From IMG/VR virus record IMGVR_UViG_3300048058_000013: 64,000 nucleotides of DNA. One strand, written 5' to 3'. The notes beneath the pieces were generated by a model that did not search any database, was not told where the DNA came from, and saw only the letters and a list, made by a program, of their open reading frames with translations. The translations under genes were made by a program, and so were the position numbers. Below are positions 37,156 to 46,964 of this stretch, in pieces; the stretch's first letter is position 1, and the number at the start of each line of letters is the position of its first letter. The stretch is from a virus.

Positions 37156-37344
37156 TTATACCGGCGGTTGACCAGGGGTAGCAGGAACACTACTAGTAGA
37201 TTGAGATTTCTTAGCTTCCTTCTGGGCCTTACGGTTCTCTTCGTCCAACCTCTCCAAATACCAACGACGTTCTTCAGCCGTCATATTATTCTGTTCGGGA
37301 ATACTAAGATAGCCGTAGTGCTTGAGCAGGAACGTCTGCTCCAT
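37156..37344 (-). CDS. gp51: gp51-like baseplate/tail assembly chaperone C-terminal partner
   Basis: FLLKHYGYLSIPEQNNMTAEERRWYLERL resembles gp51/GT-type F.L..H..S..E...M...ER..Y...L; the frame stays open upstream to the slippery site. Confidence 0.65.
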   Translation of the reverse strand: MEQTFLLKHYGYLSIPEQNNMTAEERRWYLERLDEENRKAQKEAKKSQSTSSVPATPGQPPV

Positions 37345-37363
37345 TAAGTGTTTCCACTCTTCC

Positions 37364-38284
37364 TCAAGACTTTCGGGCTGCCGTTGGACGAAAAAAGGAT
37401 TCCGTGATCGGAAGCTCCATTCTCATCTCTTGACTGCAATTTGGGCAATTGATCAAGATGGTCGTATCAATTCCCGGTGAATTCACCCTGAGGAATTCAC
37501 GAATTGAAGCAGTATCCTTAGCATGCAAACGAGAGACAATCTGCCGGATCTTGCCCTTATCCTTAGAATCCCCGGCTTCTACTACGAGCATATTAAGGTT
37601 ATCTTCGAGGGTCTCGTCAACGCTATCCATCATACGAGCTCCCTTACCAACACCTTGTGCTCTTCTATTAACCCGCCGATTCGTCAACATGGCATTCATA
37701 TCATAACCACGTAGGAATCGCACCTTAACCGAAAATTCCTCTTTCAGGACTTCTGATAAATGGGGAAGTCTTACTTTGAAGGGTTCTTCACCCATACCCA
37801 CTTCTGGTTTGGTAATAGTAGAAGACAAACCGTTTAGATCATATTCATGAGTACTAGCAGTCTGGCAAGCTTCATTGCTACAATTTACAACGAACTCATA
37901 CATGTTACCATGAGTGATACCACGCAGGTAGTAAAGTAAGAAGATACGGTCACCTGCGAGCAAGTTGATTGGATCGAACTTCTCATTGGGAAAGCGTACA
38001 CATTTCCGGAACAACCAGTCAATCGACTTTCCACTCTGAGCGAGTCGCTGGGTAGCCAGGACCTTTTCGGCTGCTAGACCCATCGGCTTGACTTCGATGC
38101 GTCCACCGGGGACTTCCCCATCATAGAAGGCTCCCTGACTAGGAAGGGTCACTTCCTCCCATGGCATTACATCTTCGTCAGAAAGTTTTAGAGCACGATC
38201 AAGAACGCTCTCCGCCTTAACCTTGGCTTTTTGTTCTTCCTTGGGCTGTGGTTTTTCTTCAGACATATTATGCTCCATATTCAA
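37364..38284 (-). CDS. gp26: gp26-like baseplate hub assembly/tail chaperone
   Basis: VTLPSQG.FY, ..KPM...EK.L, GDR.FLL..LR.I..G..Y.F..NC...C, CPNC and terminal ESFF. Confidence 0.75.
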   Translation of the reverse strand: MNMEHNMSEEKPQPKEEQKAKVKAESVLDRALKLSDEDVMPWEEVTLPSQGAFYDGEVPGGRIEVKPMGLAAEKVLATQRLAQSGKSIDWLFRKCVRFPNEKFDPINLLAGDRIFLLYYLRGITHGNMYEFVVNCSNEACQTASTHEYDLNGLSSTITKPEVGMGEEPFKVRLPHLSEVLKEEFSVKVRFLRGYDMNAMLTNRRVNRRAQGVGKGARMMDSVDETLEDNLNMLVVEAGDSKDKGKIRQIVSRLHAKDTASIREFLRVNSPGIDTTILINCPNCSQEMRMELPITESFFRPTAARKS

Positions 38285-38336
38285 ACTATTTATTTACAAG
38301 ATATGAGAAACAATGAGACCTAGACTACTGTTCGGA

Positions 38337-38861
38337 TTAGGTGGTTGTACCAATCTCAGCCCAGTCATATGATAGGGTTAGATTGACTAATTTAAACTCA
38401 CTATTATCGTAACTTAATGCGCTATGTGTAACACTCTTAGGCCAACTATTGAAAAGGGTAAAGGCAGGGCCAACTATATCCCCCTGACCATTCGTCAGGA
38501 CAAAAGAGCACTTTTTCTTATAATCATTGGCGTCTCGGATACCCCTACCACTTGTGTATACTTCCCTTTCCCATTCTAATAGATCATTGATCAGATTGGG
38601 GTCCGCTACATCATAGAAAGATATTGTTACATCTTCCCAATTGACAATCTTGGCGAACTTATATTTTACAGCTGCCCCATTAATAATTTCTTCTTCTATA
38701 GAGTATCCAGGAAGCTGTAAACTCTTAGCATATACCTTAGTGGCACGAGCGATCTGACCATCCCCTAGACTTTCTATGCGCCAACGGTGAGCTCGATTAG
38801 GCTCAACCGTGATTGAAGGTTCACGGAAACCACCGCCTGCACCTATGTTAAAACCTGGCAT
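38337..38861 (-). CDS. gp19: tail tube protein paralog 2 (gp19-like)
   Basis: SLQLPG..IEE....G..KYK.AK...WEDVTISFYD, L.N.WP..V....LSYD.S.....LTLSYD. Confidence 0.85.
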   Translation of the reverse strand: MPGFNIGAGGGFREPSITVEPNRAHRWRIESLGDGQIARATKVYAKSLQLPGYSIEEEIINGAAVKYKFAKIVNWEDVTISFYDVADPNLINDLLEWEREVYTSGRGIRDANDYKKKCSFVLTNGQGDIVGPAFTLFNSWPKSVTHSALSYDNSEFKLVNLTLSYDWAEIGTTT

Positions 38862-38898
38862 GAATTATCCGTGGGATCTTAAGACCCAAAATGAATAA

Positions 38899-39429
38899 TT
38901 ACTGTACCTTGACGGCACGGTCGTACCGCATTGTGACTTCGATCAACTGAATTTCAGAATTCGTATAATCGAGATCACCCCAATTAGACTGCTGTGGCCA
39001 GCAACCCTTGAGTTCCCACCGCTCAGTAGGCTGACCAGCACCATCGGTCATGGTCAATTCTGCCTGAGTTTTGTAAGCATTAGGTGGTGCAACCGTAATC
39101 TGAGCCGGTGGCCCCAAGCCGCCCGTCGTTACCGTCTTGACCCAATTCATCATTTCATCGGCAACATCCGGGTCCTGCTCGGCGTCATACCAAGTCAGAG
39201 TAATAGGTTCCCACGACTGCTTACCAGCGAAGTAAGCCTGTTCCTGATCGTGGTGCATGATGGCTTCTTCATACTTGAAGTTCGGTCTAGAAGCCTTCTG
39301 CAAGAACAGACGCACATTCTGCTGCAGTGGTGGTAGGGTTTCGAACAACCACCTGTGCTTACGGCGAGTCTCGGCAACGTTACTAGGTTCGTTCGCGCCG
39401 CCGCCGCCACCAATGTTAAATCCTGGCAT
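38899..39429 (-). CDS. gp19: tail tube protein paralog 1 (gp19-like)
   Basis: ASRPNF..EE.......YFAGK.SWEPITLTWYD, YKTQA.L.M.DG.G...E.W.LKGCWP....GDLDY, EVTMRYD; directly follows sheath. Confidence 0.9.
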   Translation of the reverse strand: MPGFNIGGGGGANEPSNVAETRRKHRWLFETLPPLQQNVRLFLQKASRPNFKYEEAIMHHDQEQAYFAGKQSWEPITLTWYDAEQDPDVADEMMNWVKTVTTGGLGPPAQITVAPPNAYKTQAELTMTDGAGQPTERWELKGCWPQQSNWGDLDYTNSEIQLIEVTMRYDRAVKVQ

Positions 39430-39444
39430 TTCTGTTCCTCTTTA

Positions 39445-42306
39445 TTATAGTGTCGATACCGCCTGTACCACTCCGGCCGCAGCCAGGACTTCCTCAGCAG
39501 CGAAGCTCGTCTCCGTGCGAAGAATGACCAAGTTCAATACGATGAACTCGACTGCGCGAGTTGGCTTCAGCAGGATCGAAACATGCAGTTCGTTCCTGTC
39601 AATCCGTTCTGGCGTATTATTGGTCTCGTCAACGATAACCTTAAACGCCTGCAAACCTCTGCGCGCCATGACGTCCTCAAGGAACGGCGTAATTGCCGCG
39701 CGGACTTCCGCGAAGAGAATCCGATCGATTGGCTCGAAGAGGAAGAACCTCAGGAGCCTGATCAAATTCTTCTTGAGGAAGATCAATAGCATTCGGACGT
39801 TGACCCTATCAAGAGCCGTCGCCCGACGCTGCAAGGTCCGCTGACCAAAGACCGTGATACCATCCTGTGGGAAGTTTACGATCGGATTAACCGCATTTCC
39901 ACTGCCGTACAGGAGATCGCGCTCACCCATCGTGGCATTGAATTCGACATCCAGCGCTGTCAAAAGATGACCGCGCTGCAAGCCTGCCGGGGCGAACCAC
40001 TGCTCGCGCTCGCGAGCTGTACGCGAGAAGACCGACGCGACATAACCCGAAGGTGGCACGAAGATCTCTTCGCCGCTAAACTGATTGAAAATCTTCAAGA
40101 ATGGCCAGTACAGAGCACCATAGCTCGAGTTGATGGCCGCACTCAGGTCGCTGAAGAGCATACCATTATGCCAATCGACAACCTGCTGTGGCCTCAGGCC
40201 GAATGGAGGATCCACAATGAAGAGAACATCTCCACGACCCTCAACCATCTGTAGGCCCTGTCCGATGACCGCACCGGAGCTGCTTCCTGGGATCAAGAGG
40301 AGGTTGATATCAAACACCTCAGGATTCTGGTAAGCAAAGATGCCTGTCGAATCGGCTGGGTTTCCAATGATGGCCCGATCCAATTCAGAGCTAAATACTG
40401 GGTCCGTTGGAATACCATTAGCCTGTCCAAGATACGAGCGGCTATTAAATAGAGCAGGCTGACGAACCTCGAACGTATCCGTATCATTTGGATCGTTTCC
40501 GAGGAAATCTGGCCTGGACTCCCACTCGACAAACTGATTGCCGTTAACACCACCGAAGGAGCTTCCGGCATTCAATACGTTAGCAATGTACCGATCCTCG
40601 CGTGGATCGAAACTCAAGTTATCTTCACGGGTGAGCTCAATACCGTTCGTATCGAAGATCCTCAACGTGAAGAGGGTTCCCTGATCATTAAAGTGTTCCA
40701 GAGTTGTCCGTAGAGGGTCAACCCAAGTACCTGCCGATTTTGCGACTAACCAGCCAACAATGTTAGCGAAATAATCCGAGTCAGCATCGCACTCCGAGCT
40801 GCTTGGATCATCCTCGCAACTTAGAGGAACCGCAGCCGTGATCTCACCTGGAGCTGGCAGCTCGACCCGTGGGTCGAAGAAGCTGCGGAAATTCCGGGTG
40901 AACGGGAAGAGGATTACCAACTCCTCAGCGAACCTTAGGGTCTCTTCGTTCGAGAAGTTAGCCTGCATCTTGACCGTCGATTCTTGATGGGCAACAACCG
41001 TAACAACAACGACACGCTTCTCATCCTCCGCAACCGTAAGCGCGAAGCTTTCGTAGAAACGCTCGCCCGCCACGATACCACCGAGGTCCAGCGCGGCCGC
41101 TACTTCGTCCGCATCTAGCGTTCCGTTTGGAATCGAAACCTCAGTCTCGGTTGTAGCATTTGGGCCAATTACATCAATCCGTACCCGATCCCTCGAGCTG
41201 TTAATATTGTAAGGTCCAGGATCGTTGCTGATTAGGCAACTTCTTGGAATATCATGAACGTAAAGCGAAATCCCCACTTCCAGGGCCCAAGCCTCTGTAG
41301 AATCAACCTGAACAGCCTCACCCTCCGTCTTAGAGACGATCTGTGGGACTCCACCGACGTTCTGGAAGATGTAGTCAGGCGCAGCTCCGATTAGCGCATT
41401 AGCTGCGCCAACGAATGCATCCGTGTCACTAAATGAGGTACCATCCGTGAAAGTGAATGTGCTAGCACCAGTACCAGCCGCGAGTTCATCATCGACTAGG
41501 ACCGAGAAGCTCTTGTTGTCCGGCGCAACCTTGAACCGGAACGTATCATTCGTTTCGAGTGGGCTCGAGCCAGTAATTACGATATCAAAACTCAAGCCAT
41601 TGTCATTGTCGCCGGTGCCGACCGCAATCGTTTCCGACGTGCCGAGAGACGTGCTCTCAACAATCGTTCCGCTATTGGTTACTACACCATCACTGTTTCG
41701 AGTAATAGTAAACGTCGCACCATCCATTACTGAGCCACCAGTTACTGTTGGTGGATTCGTAATCAAGACAGTGAAGCTATCATCGATAGGATCCGTGTAG
41801 ACGCTCGCACCGAAATCAAGAGTTCCTACCGTAGGTCCATCCGAAGCGCTCACATCAATATCATTGAAGTCAATATCGAAGACCGAGGCATCATGGAATT
41901 CATAAGGAAGATCTGTGGTCGGTTCACGTAGAGTGATACGACCATTATCGATACCAGAGAATAGTGCTATACGTCCCCAACCCTGACCCTTAGCACCGCT
42001 TGTATCGATACAAATGTCTGCCAGTTCCTCTGCCTGGCCATCTTCACACTCTACTCCGACACGCTGAATGAAAGCCTGGTTGCCCTCTTCAAAGTAATTA
42101 AGGGCGGCGAATCCCATTGCGGACTCATTGATTGGCTCACCAAAGATGTCGATGTACTGCTGAGAATTCGATACAAAGGTCGGGATGTTCATCGGACCCT
42201 TTTTAGCAGTACCGATAAACGCTGGCCTTAGCGGTCCTACCGCAGTTGGTATCGCGCTAAGATCTATTTCGCGGGGGAAGACCCCGGGCGACAGGAACAC
42301 GGCCAT
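39445..42306 (-). CDS. gp18: tail sheath protein (gp18-like) with inserted domains
   Basis: LSPGVFPREIDLS, FIGTAKKGP, WFAPAGLQRG, NPIVNFP..GITVFGQRTL, LDRVNVRMLL, DETNNTPE.ID.N, LKPTRAVEFI. Confidence 0.97.
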   Translation of the reverse strand: MAVFLSPGVFPREIDLSAIPTAVGPLRPAFIGTAKKGPMNIPTFVSNSQQYIDIFGEPINESAMGFAALNYFEEGNQAFIQRVGVECEDGQAEELADICIDTSGAKGQGWGRIALFSGIDNGRITLREPTTDLPYEFHDASVFDIDFNDIDVSASDGPTVGTLDFGASVYTDPIDDSFTVLITNPPTVTGGSVMDGATFTITRNSDGVVTNSGTIVESTSLGTSETIAVGTGDNDNGLSFDIVITGSSPLETNDTFRFKVAPDNKSFSVLVDDELAAGTGASTFTFTDGTSFSDTDAFVGAANALIGAAPDYIFQNVGGVPQIVSKTEGEAVQVDSTEAWALEVGISLYVHDIPRSCLISNDPGPYNINSSRDRVRIDVIGPNATTETEVSIPNGTLDADEVAAALDLGGIVAGERFYESFALTVAEDEKRVVVVTVVAHQESTVKMQANFSNEETLRFAEELVILFPFTRNFRSFFDPRVELPAPGEITAAVPLSCEDDPSSSECDADSDYFANIVGWLVAKSAGTWVDPLRTTLEHFNDQGTLFTLRIFDTNGIELTREDNLSFDPREDRYIANVLNAGSSFGGVNGNQFVEWESRPDFLGNDPNDTDTFEVRQPALFNSRSYLGQANGIPTDPVFSSELDRAIIGNPADSTGIFAYQNPEVFDINLLLIPGSSSGAVIGQGLQMVEGRGDVLFIVDPPFGLRPQQVVDWHNGMLFSDLSAAINSSYGALYWPFLKIFNQFSGEEIFVPPSGYVASVFSRTAREREQWFAPAGLQRGHLLTALDVEFNATMGERDLLYGSGNAVNPIVNFPQDGITVFGQRTLQRRATALDRVNVRMLLIFLKKNLIRLLRFFLFEPIDRILFAEVRAAITPFLEDVMARRGLQAFKVIVDETNNTPERIDRNELHVSILLKPTRAVEFIVLNLVILRTETSFAAEEVLAAAGVVQAVSTL

Positions 42307-42371
42307 ATTTTTAGTCCTCGCTTACTATTAAGAGCGCTCAATATTTCAGAATATTTTTGACAATAGATTTA

Positions 42372-42671
42372 TTATTTTGCTTTGTCTAAACTTCCGTGAA
42401 GCACTCTGATCCTACCAGCTTTCTGGTGGTTGATAATCTGGTGCTTATATAGGCGATGTACCGGGAATTTAGCAACTTTTCCAGCCATCAATTGAATAGT
42501 CTGCTCTCCAACATAAAAATCAACACCCTTGGGTGCTCTAAGCTGGATAGAGACTGGCTGATTCTTCAACCGGTTATGAATAGTTACATAACCCTCTAGA
42601 CTCTTCTTCTCCTGAGAGAGCTCCCTCTGCGTCCGTGGCCGTGGTTTCTTCTTCATCGCGTTCATCATCAC
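42372..42671 (-). CDS. hypothetical protein
   Basis: 99-aa basic ORF in neck/tail region. Confidence 0.55.
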   Translation of the reverse strand: MMMNAMKKKPRPRTQRELSQEKKSLEGYVTIHNRLKNQPVSIQLRAPKGVDFYVGEQTIQLMAGKVAKFPVHRLYKHQIINHQKAGRIRVLHGSLDKAK

Positions 42672-42674
42672 TCC

Positions 42675-43532
42675 TTATGATCTTGGTGACTGGAAAAATT
42701 CACTTACTGTATTCGGCTTAATAGGTTCCAAAAAGGTCCCATCAATCTCATGCAGCGTCATGACCCTTCCAAGCGCCGCTGGAAGTATCTTTTCCGGCAA
42801 TGGTAACCAGCCTTCCATCGTCACAGTCAGATCGTAACGCACCTTGGCTAATTCTTCAGCCCCAATATCTATATCAGAATTATCCGTGGCATCCCCAAAC
42901 CGTAATTGGACATTACCACGCAATCCTGCATCATCATCAATTCTGAATTCAGCAAGAGGGTTGAATCTCGGCTGGATCTGATGAATTACATATTCCATAT
43001 CCCGCTTACGTTCCGTCCAAACCGATAGGGTATAATCTATTAACGCTGGCCATGGACGGTAAACTAGCTTGACTCGGGACCCATCATTATGAGCAAACTT
43101 CCGCGTCATGTATAGATGAGGCGGACTGAATTTCTCAACATTGAAACGCCACCCTGTACGATTAATAGACATTACTGGCAGTTTAACTCGACCAGCCCTC
43201 AGATCTTGTATCCATTGCAAGAAGGTCTTATCGCCACCCGCTATACGAACTGTCATAGGGGTAGACCTAATATCATCTCCAGTGGGGACTCTTATATCTG
43301 AGAAATATGCCTTGATTCCCCTATCCATCGCCTTAAACCCCTCAACCAATACTGATCTAACATCTTCGGGTTGGTTGAGATTAAGATCACTATTAACTAG
43401 ATCATCTTTCTCAACAAGATCTGGCTGATCAGGAAGTTGTGGAGTTATAATAGGAGCGCGTTCAACAGTGACTCCACTGGTTTTACCACTGTTAACTGGT
43501 GCTGTAGTAAAATGGAAATTATGAATGGCCAT
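42675..43532 (-). CDS. gp15: tail terminator/sheath stabiliser (gp15-like)
   Basis: RVKLPVMSINR.G..F..E.F, P.P..I.YTLS.WT....M....QI.P.FNP. Confidence 0.65.
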   Translation of the reverse strand: MAIHNFHFTTAPVNSGKTSGVTVERAPIITPQLPDQPDLVEKDDLVNSDLNLNQPEDVRSVLVEGFKAMDRGIKAYFSDIRVPTGDDIRSTPMTVRIAGGDKTFLQWIQDLRAGRVKLPVMSINRTGWRFNVEKFSPPHLYMTRKFAHNDGSRVKLVYRPWPALIDYTLSVWTERKRDMEYVIHQIQPRFNPLAEFRIDDDAGLRGNVQLRFGDATDNSDIDIGAEELAKVRYDLTVTMEGWLPLPEKILPAALGRVMTLHEIDGTFLEPIKPNTVSEFFQSPRS

Positions 43533-43948
43533 TAGATCTTAGGTATAGCCTTGAGCCCCTCAAGACCCTGTTGAGAAAGTATTCTATTAACGTAATCAAG
43601 ATTTTGCATATTAGTTCTAATCTTCTGCCATGGCTTACCACCATATAATTCTTGCATACGGCCAGACTTGTCCGCCTCAGTCTTCTGCGGCACGTATACG
43701 ATAGCCTTCTCTACCATAACTGTCTTAGTAACAAATTTGGCAATATCCTTAGGAGGCATACTATCCATTTCTTTCTTAGTCATAGGATTCCGCAATGGAT
43801 AATGATTCTGTTGTACACGCTTTGTATAATCAGAAACCACCGCATCTTTTATATGCGCAGCTAAACCTCCTAGGGCAGCCTTGGAAATCTTCTTGATTTC
43901 ATTTCGAAATCCAGCGACTACTTCTTTCATACTATTGGTTTTAATCAT
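43532..43948 (-). CDS. hypothetical neck-region protein
   Basis: 138 aa, coupled to both neighbours. Confidence 0.55.
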   Translation of the reverse strand: MIKTNSMKEVVAGFRNEIKKISKAALGGLAAHIKDAVVSDYTKRVQQNHYPLRNPMTKKEMDSMPPKDIAKFVTKTVMVEKAIVYVPQKTEADKSGRMQELYGGKPWQKIRTNMQNLDYVNRILSQQGLEGLKAIPKI

Positions 43949-44559
43949 CTAGGCGGTGCCTTTCTATTGTCAGTCTTAACCTGCAGCGCCTCGTCACCCG
44001 TGACCAGCTCACAAGTGCACTTGAGGTACAACCAACGATAATGGAAGAATCCCTCCTGAGCTGCGTTTAAAACCCTGAAGCGCTTAGGTCCCACATCCTG
44101 CCGGGCAGCAGTTGGAAGGTTATAAGGGGCCTCAACCACATCACCTGGCAAAAGCAACCGAGTGCTTATAGTCTTGTCTATCATCAGGCCAGCACGGGAG
44201 AATACCATTGTGACCCGCAACGGGACGTCTACACCCCACTTGGTCAATTCAACCAAGTTAGGTTCCGGCTTGAAGTATGCCTTCATCTTCTTACCAGAGC
44301 GATAGAGAGGATCTGCATCCTCATCCCAAACTTCAATCTCTTCCGCGTCTTGCTTAGGTTCCTTTAAGAATACTGTCACCCAAGCACCAGAGATATTAAC
44401 TATCTCCTCAGCCAACCGCTCAGCGTAAGCAATATCTGGTTTTGTATGGTTATAAATAGAAAGCGGCGTGAGTTGCTTTTCAAGATCTGTACGGAAATCT
44501 GGTATACTATCTATAGTAACCAATTGCTCCCGCTGCGCGTCAAATTGATATATAGCCAT
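43945..44559 (-). CDS. gp14: head completion/neck protein (gp14-like)
   Basis: WDEDADP.Y......AYF....L.KWG.D......F, L.PGDV...PY, resembling gp14-type adaptors. Confidence 0.65.
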   Translation of the reverse strand: MAIYQFDAQREQLVTIDSIPDFRTDLEKQLTPLSIYNHTKPDIAYAERLAEEIVNISGAWVTVFLKEPKQDAEEIEVWDEDADPLYRSGKKMKAYFKPEPNLVELTKWGVDVPLRVTMVFSRAGLMIDKTISTRLLLPGDVVEAPYNLPTAARQDVGPKRFRVLNAAQEGFFHYRWLYLKCTCELVTGDEALQVKTDNRKAPPR

Positions 44560-44588
44560 TCTGCTATATATTTAAATTGATGAGGTGA

Positions 44589-45764
44589 TTACTTCCACCC
44601 GTTTCCAACGATACGTGTTATCGTTCGCTTGACTGATTCGGTAAATGGAGCAATATCTCCCCATGTCATCTTTCGAGCAAGAGTGACTGCTCTAGCTAGC
44701 TGTTGGAAAGACAATAGCTCAGGTTCGAAAGGTTCCTCGAAGCCTTTCTGAGTCATAAAATCACTCAGAGCAACCTGAATAACATAAGGCTCAGTTCCTC
44801 CCTCATCCGCAAGCCTTTTAACTTCCCGATTCCATAGCTGAAGCGCCGATTCTGTGCCCTTAGGTTTAGCTTTCTTAGTAATGAGAGGAGGTATACGCTT
44901 AGTCTCCACTGCGAATTGAACTAAATTTTCCAAACTGAGTCTACTAACGGCCTGTAAAGTGTTATTGAACTCCTCTTGAGTCATGATATCAATATGGAAA
45001 GGACGCTTGTATCCTTCTCGCTCAATTAGATAAGAAACTACGAGTGGAGCTAGCTGAGCTGGATTAGTCCGTCCACCAGACAATTGTTTAATGGCGTTCT
45101 TCCACTTTTCTCTGTTCTCACGCCTATAGGCGAGAATATCCTCAGAACGTTTCTCCCATCCTTCAACATCCTGGACATCCTCGATATTTGCGATAGCATG
45201 GAAATAATTACCACGAGAATCTGGAGTAATATAAAACCAATCGGGAATAGTGGCCGTCTTTAATAATTCATTAAAATTTTTCGCAACCTCATCTTGAGTC
45301 TCGCCGATAGGTTCAATAGCCAGGTCAAGATCCTTCTTGACATCATACTCGCCCCGAGTCTCTATACCATACTTGCGCTGACGCTTACCGGCGACACTAA
45401 GTCTTGCATATTTCTGAGACAGATCTCCAAACCCTGTGACTGGAGTCGGATTAAGATTCTTTCCCCGTAGGAACTCCCACAACCAATCCATGAATAGAAT
45501 CCATGGTGAAGGGAGGGCTCTACCTGTTACTGTGCGCTGTGGTAATCCAACCCATTTGAAAGAACCACGCTCTGGATCTTCTTCTGGCCCATAGCCTCCC
45601 TTTTCACGAGATGCAGAACGATCGTAACCGATTAACTGTACGCGCGTCTCGAGTCGAGGATTCTGACCAGGCGTGATCACTAAAGTAGCAAAAGCTTGCG
45701 ATACAACCCCCTCTGATAAGAAGGTGCGTAATGCAAGACGAATATCTATAATATCCATTAGCAT
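44589..45764 (-). CDS. hypothetical protein (start may be 45758)
   Basis: 391-aa ORF in neck module; N-terminal ..FLSE segment may be a protease-processed leader. Confidence 0.6.
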   Translation of the reverse strand: MLMDIIDIRLALRTFLSEGVVSQAFATLVITPGQNPRLETRVQLIGYDRSASREKGGYGPEEDPERGSFKWVGLPQRTVTGRALPSPWILFMDWLWEFLRGKNLNPTPVTGFGDLSQKYARLSVAGKRQRKYGIETRGEYDVKKDLDLAIEPIGETQDEVAKNFNELLKTATIPDWFYITPDSRGNYFHAIANIEDVQDVEGWEKRSEDILAYRRENREKWKNAIKQLSGGRTNPAQLAPLVVSYLIEREGYKRPFHIDIMTQEEFNNTLQAVSRLSLENLVQFAVETKRIPPLITKKAKPKGTESALQLWNREVKRLADEGGTEPYVIQVALSDFMTQKGFEEPFEPELLSFQQLARAVTLARKMTWGDIAPFTESVKRTITRIVGNGWK

Positions 45765-46129
45765 CTCTTGAGCGGGAACGCATCACATGGGCCAGGACGT
45801 GCCGACGGGAGCGGTGACGAAATCGGCTGATCATCTGGCACAATATCACGTAGACGCTGATAAAAATCTTCTACTGATGTCGTATTCTCGCAGCCGAATC
45901 TATTAGGTGGCCCCTCAGGTAGAACCAGATATAAACGCATTGGATTAAACTGTCTCTCAATGGTTGCACCTGGAATAGCTTCTAGAGCTTCCTGCAGCGT
46001 TACTACACTAGCATTACATTTCTGATTTACACCCAATGTGACGGATGTAAATGAAGAAGTAGGTTCACATCCAGGAACTCTAACAACATTTCCCGGCAGA
46101 ACTTCCAATTTGTTAGCGATTGTAATCAT
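45758..46129 (-). CDS. hypothetical protein
   Basis: 123 aa, coupled to gp13. Confidence 0.55.
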   Translation of the reverse strand: MITIANKLEVLPGNVVRVPGCEPTSSFTSVTLGVNQKCNASVVTLQEALEAIPGATIERQFNPMRLYLVLPEGPPNRFGCENTTSVEDFYQRLRDIVPDDQPISSPLPSARPGPCDAFPLKRC

Positions 46130-46872
46130 TACCAGATAAAAAGTGGAAGAGGCTCCCCTAGCAATATTGCGTCATTAACAGCCTCTTTATATTCTTCACG
46201 GCCCTCAGTAACCAATTGCTCGCCATCGAAAGTAATGGCACTACCATCAGGACCCGGAATATTACCAAACTTACGCCGGGCATGTCCTAGGGCAATCTTC
46301 ATCTGTGCCAAAAATGCCCTATATGTCACTTCACGAGCCTGAGGTGATTTAAATTCAGTAGGAGGTGGCAAGAACTCAACGATGACTGGAAAAGAGCCAC
46401 GCGGCACTGGAAACAACCTAATAGAATTGGCTTCAACCTTGAATTCCCACTGACCTTCGTTACCTAAAATCCTCTGACTAAACTTCCGATAAGATTGTAA
46501 CAAATGAAAATCGGTCAATAGGTTTTGGATACCAGAAATGTTACCAATATTGAATAGGAAACTCTCCGCGCCGAATATATCATCAATACGAGTAGTAGCA
46601 GGATCCCATCTTACGTTTCGAATCCAATAAGCTTCCTCTGGTAGGGGATATTCAGCCTGCAATGGCTGCGTCATGAAGAACGCATAGCGCTCCTCGAGCG
46701 GAAAGTATTGTGCGATCCAGTCACCAGTAGAGCGAAGAACCTGCTCCATCTGCTGTTCCATCAACTCAACTAGGACAACAGGATGTCCCAATTGACTAAT
46801 AGCATGGAACTTCAGGGGATTACTATCCACCTTAAGAACGAGCGGCAGATCTGCGGGTCCCAAAATAGCCAT
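46129..46872 (-). CDS. gp13: neck protein (gp13-like head-tail adaptor)
   Basis: LG.PVV.VEL...Q, A..K..LG..R.KF..IPGP.G..I..DG..L..EG.EE. Confidence 0.85.
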   Translation of the reverse strand: MAILGPADLPLVLKVDSNPLKFHAISQLGHPVVLVELMEQQMEQVLRSTGDWIAQYFPLEERYAFFMTQPLQAEYPLPEEAYWIRNVRWDPATTRIDDIFGAESFLFNIGNISGIQNLLTDFHLLQSYRKFSQRILGNEGQWEFKVEANSIRLFPVPRGSFPVIVEFLPPPTEFKSPQAREVTYRAFLAQMKIALGHARRKFGNIPGPDGSAITFDGEQLVTEGREEYKEAVNDAILLGEPLPLFIW

Positions 46873-46964
46873 AGAGAGTCTCCAAAGTAAATTTGTATAA
46901 CATATCAGTAGATGTTAAGTTGCCGAAATAGTCTATCTCACCAATCATTCGCTAGAAGGATTGA

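Noticed and set aside
37364-37399. Classical -1 frameshift at the gp26 end
   Set aside because: The -1 frame reaches TAA before the gp51-like ORF; only the +1 (or -2) frame connects.
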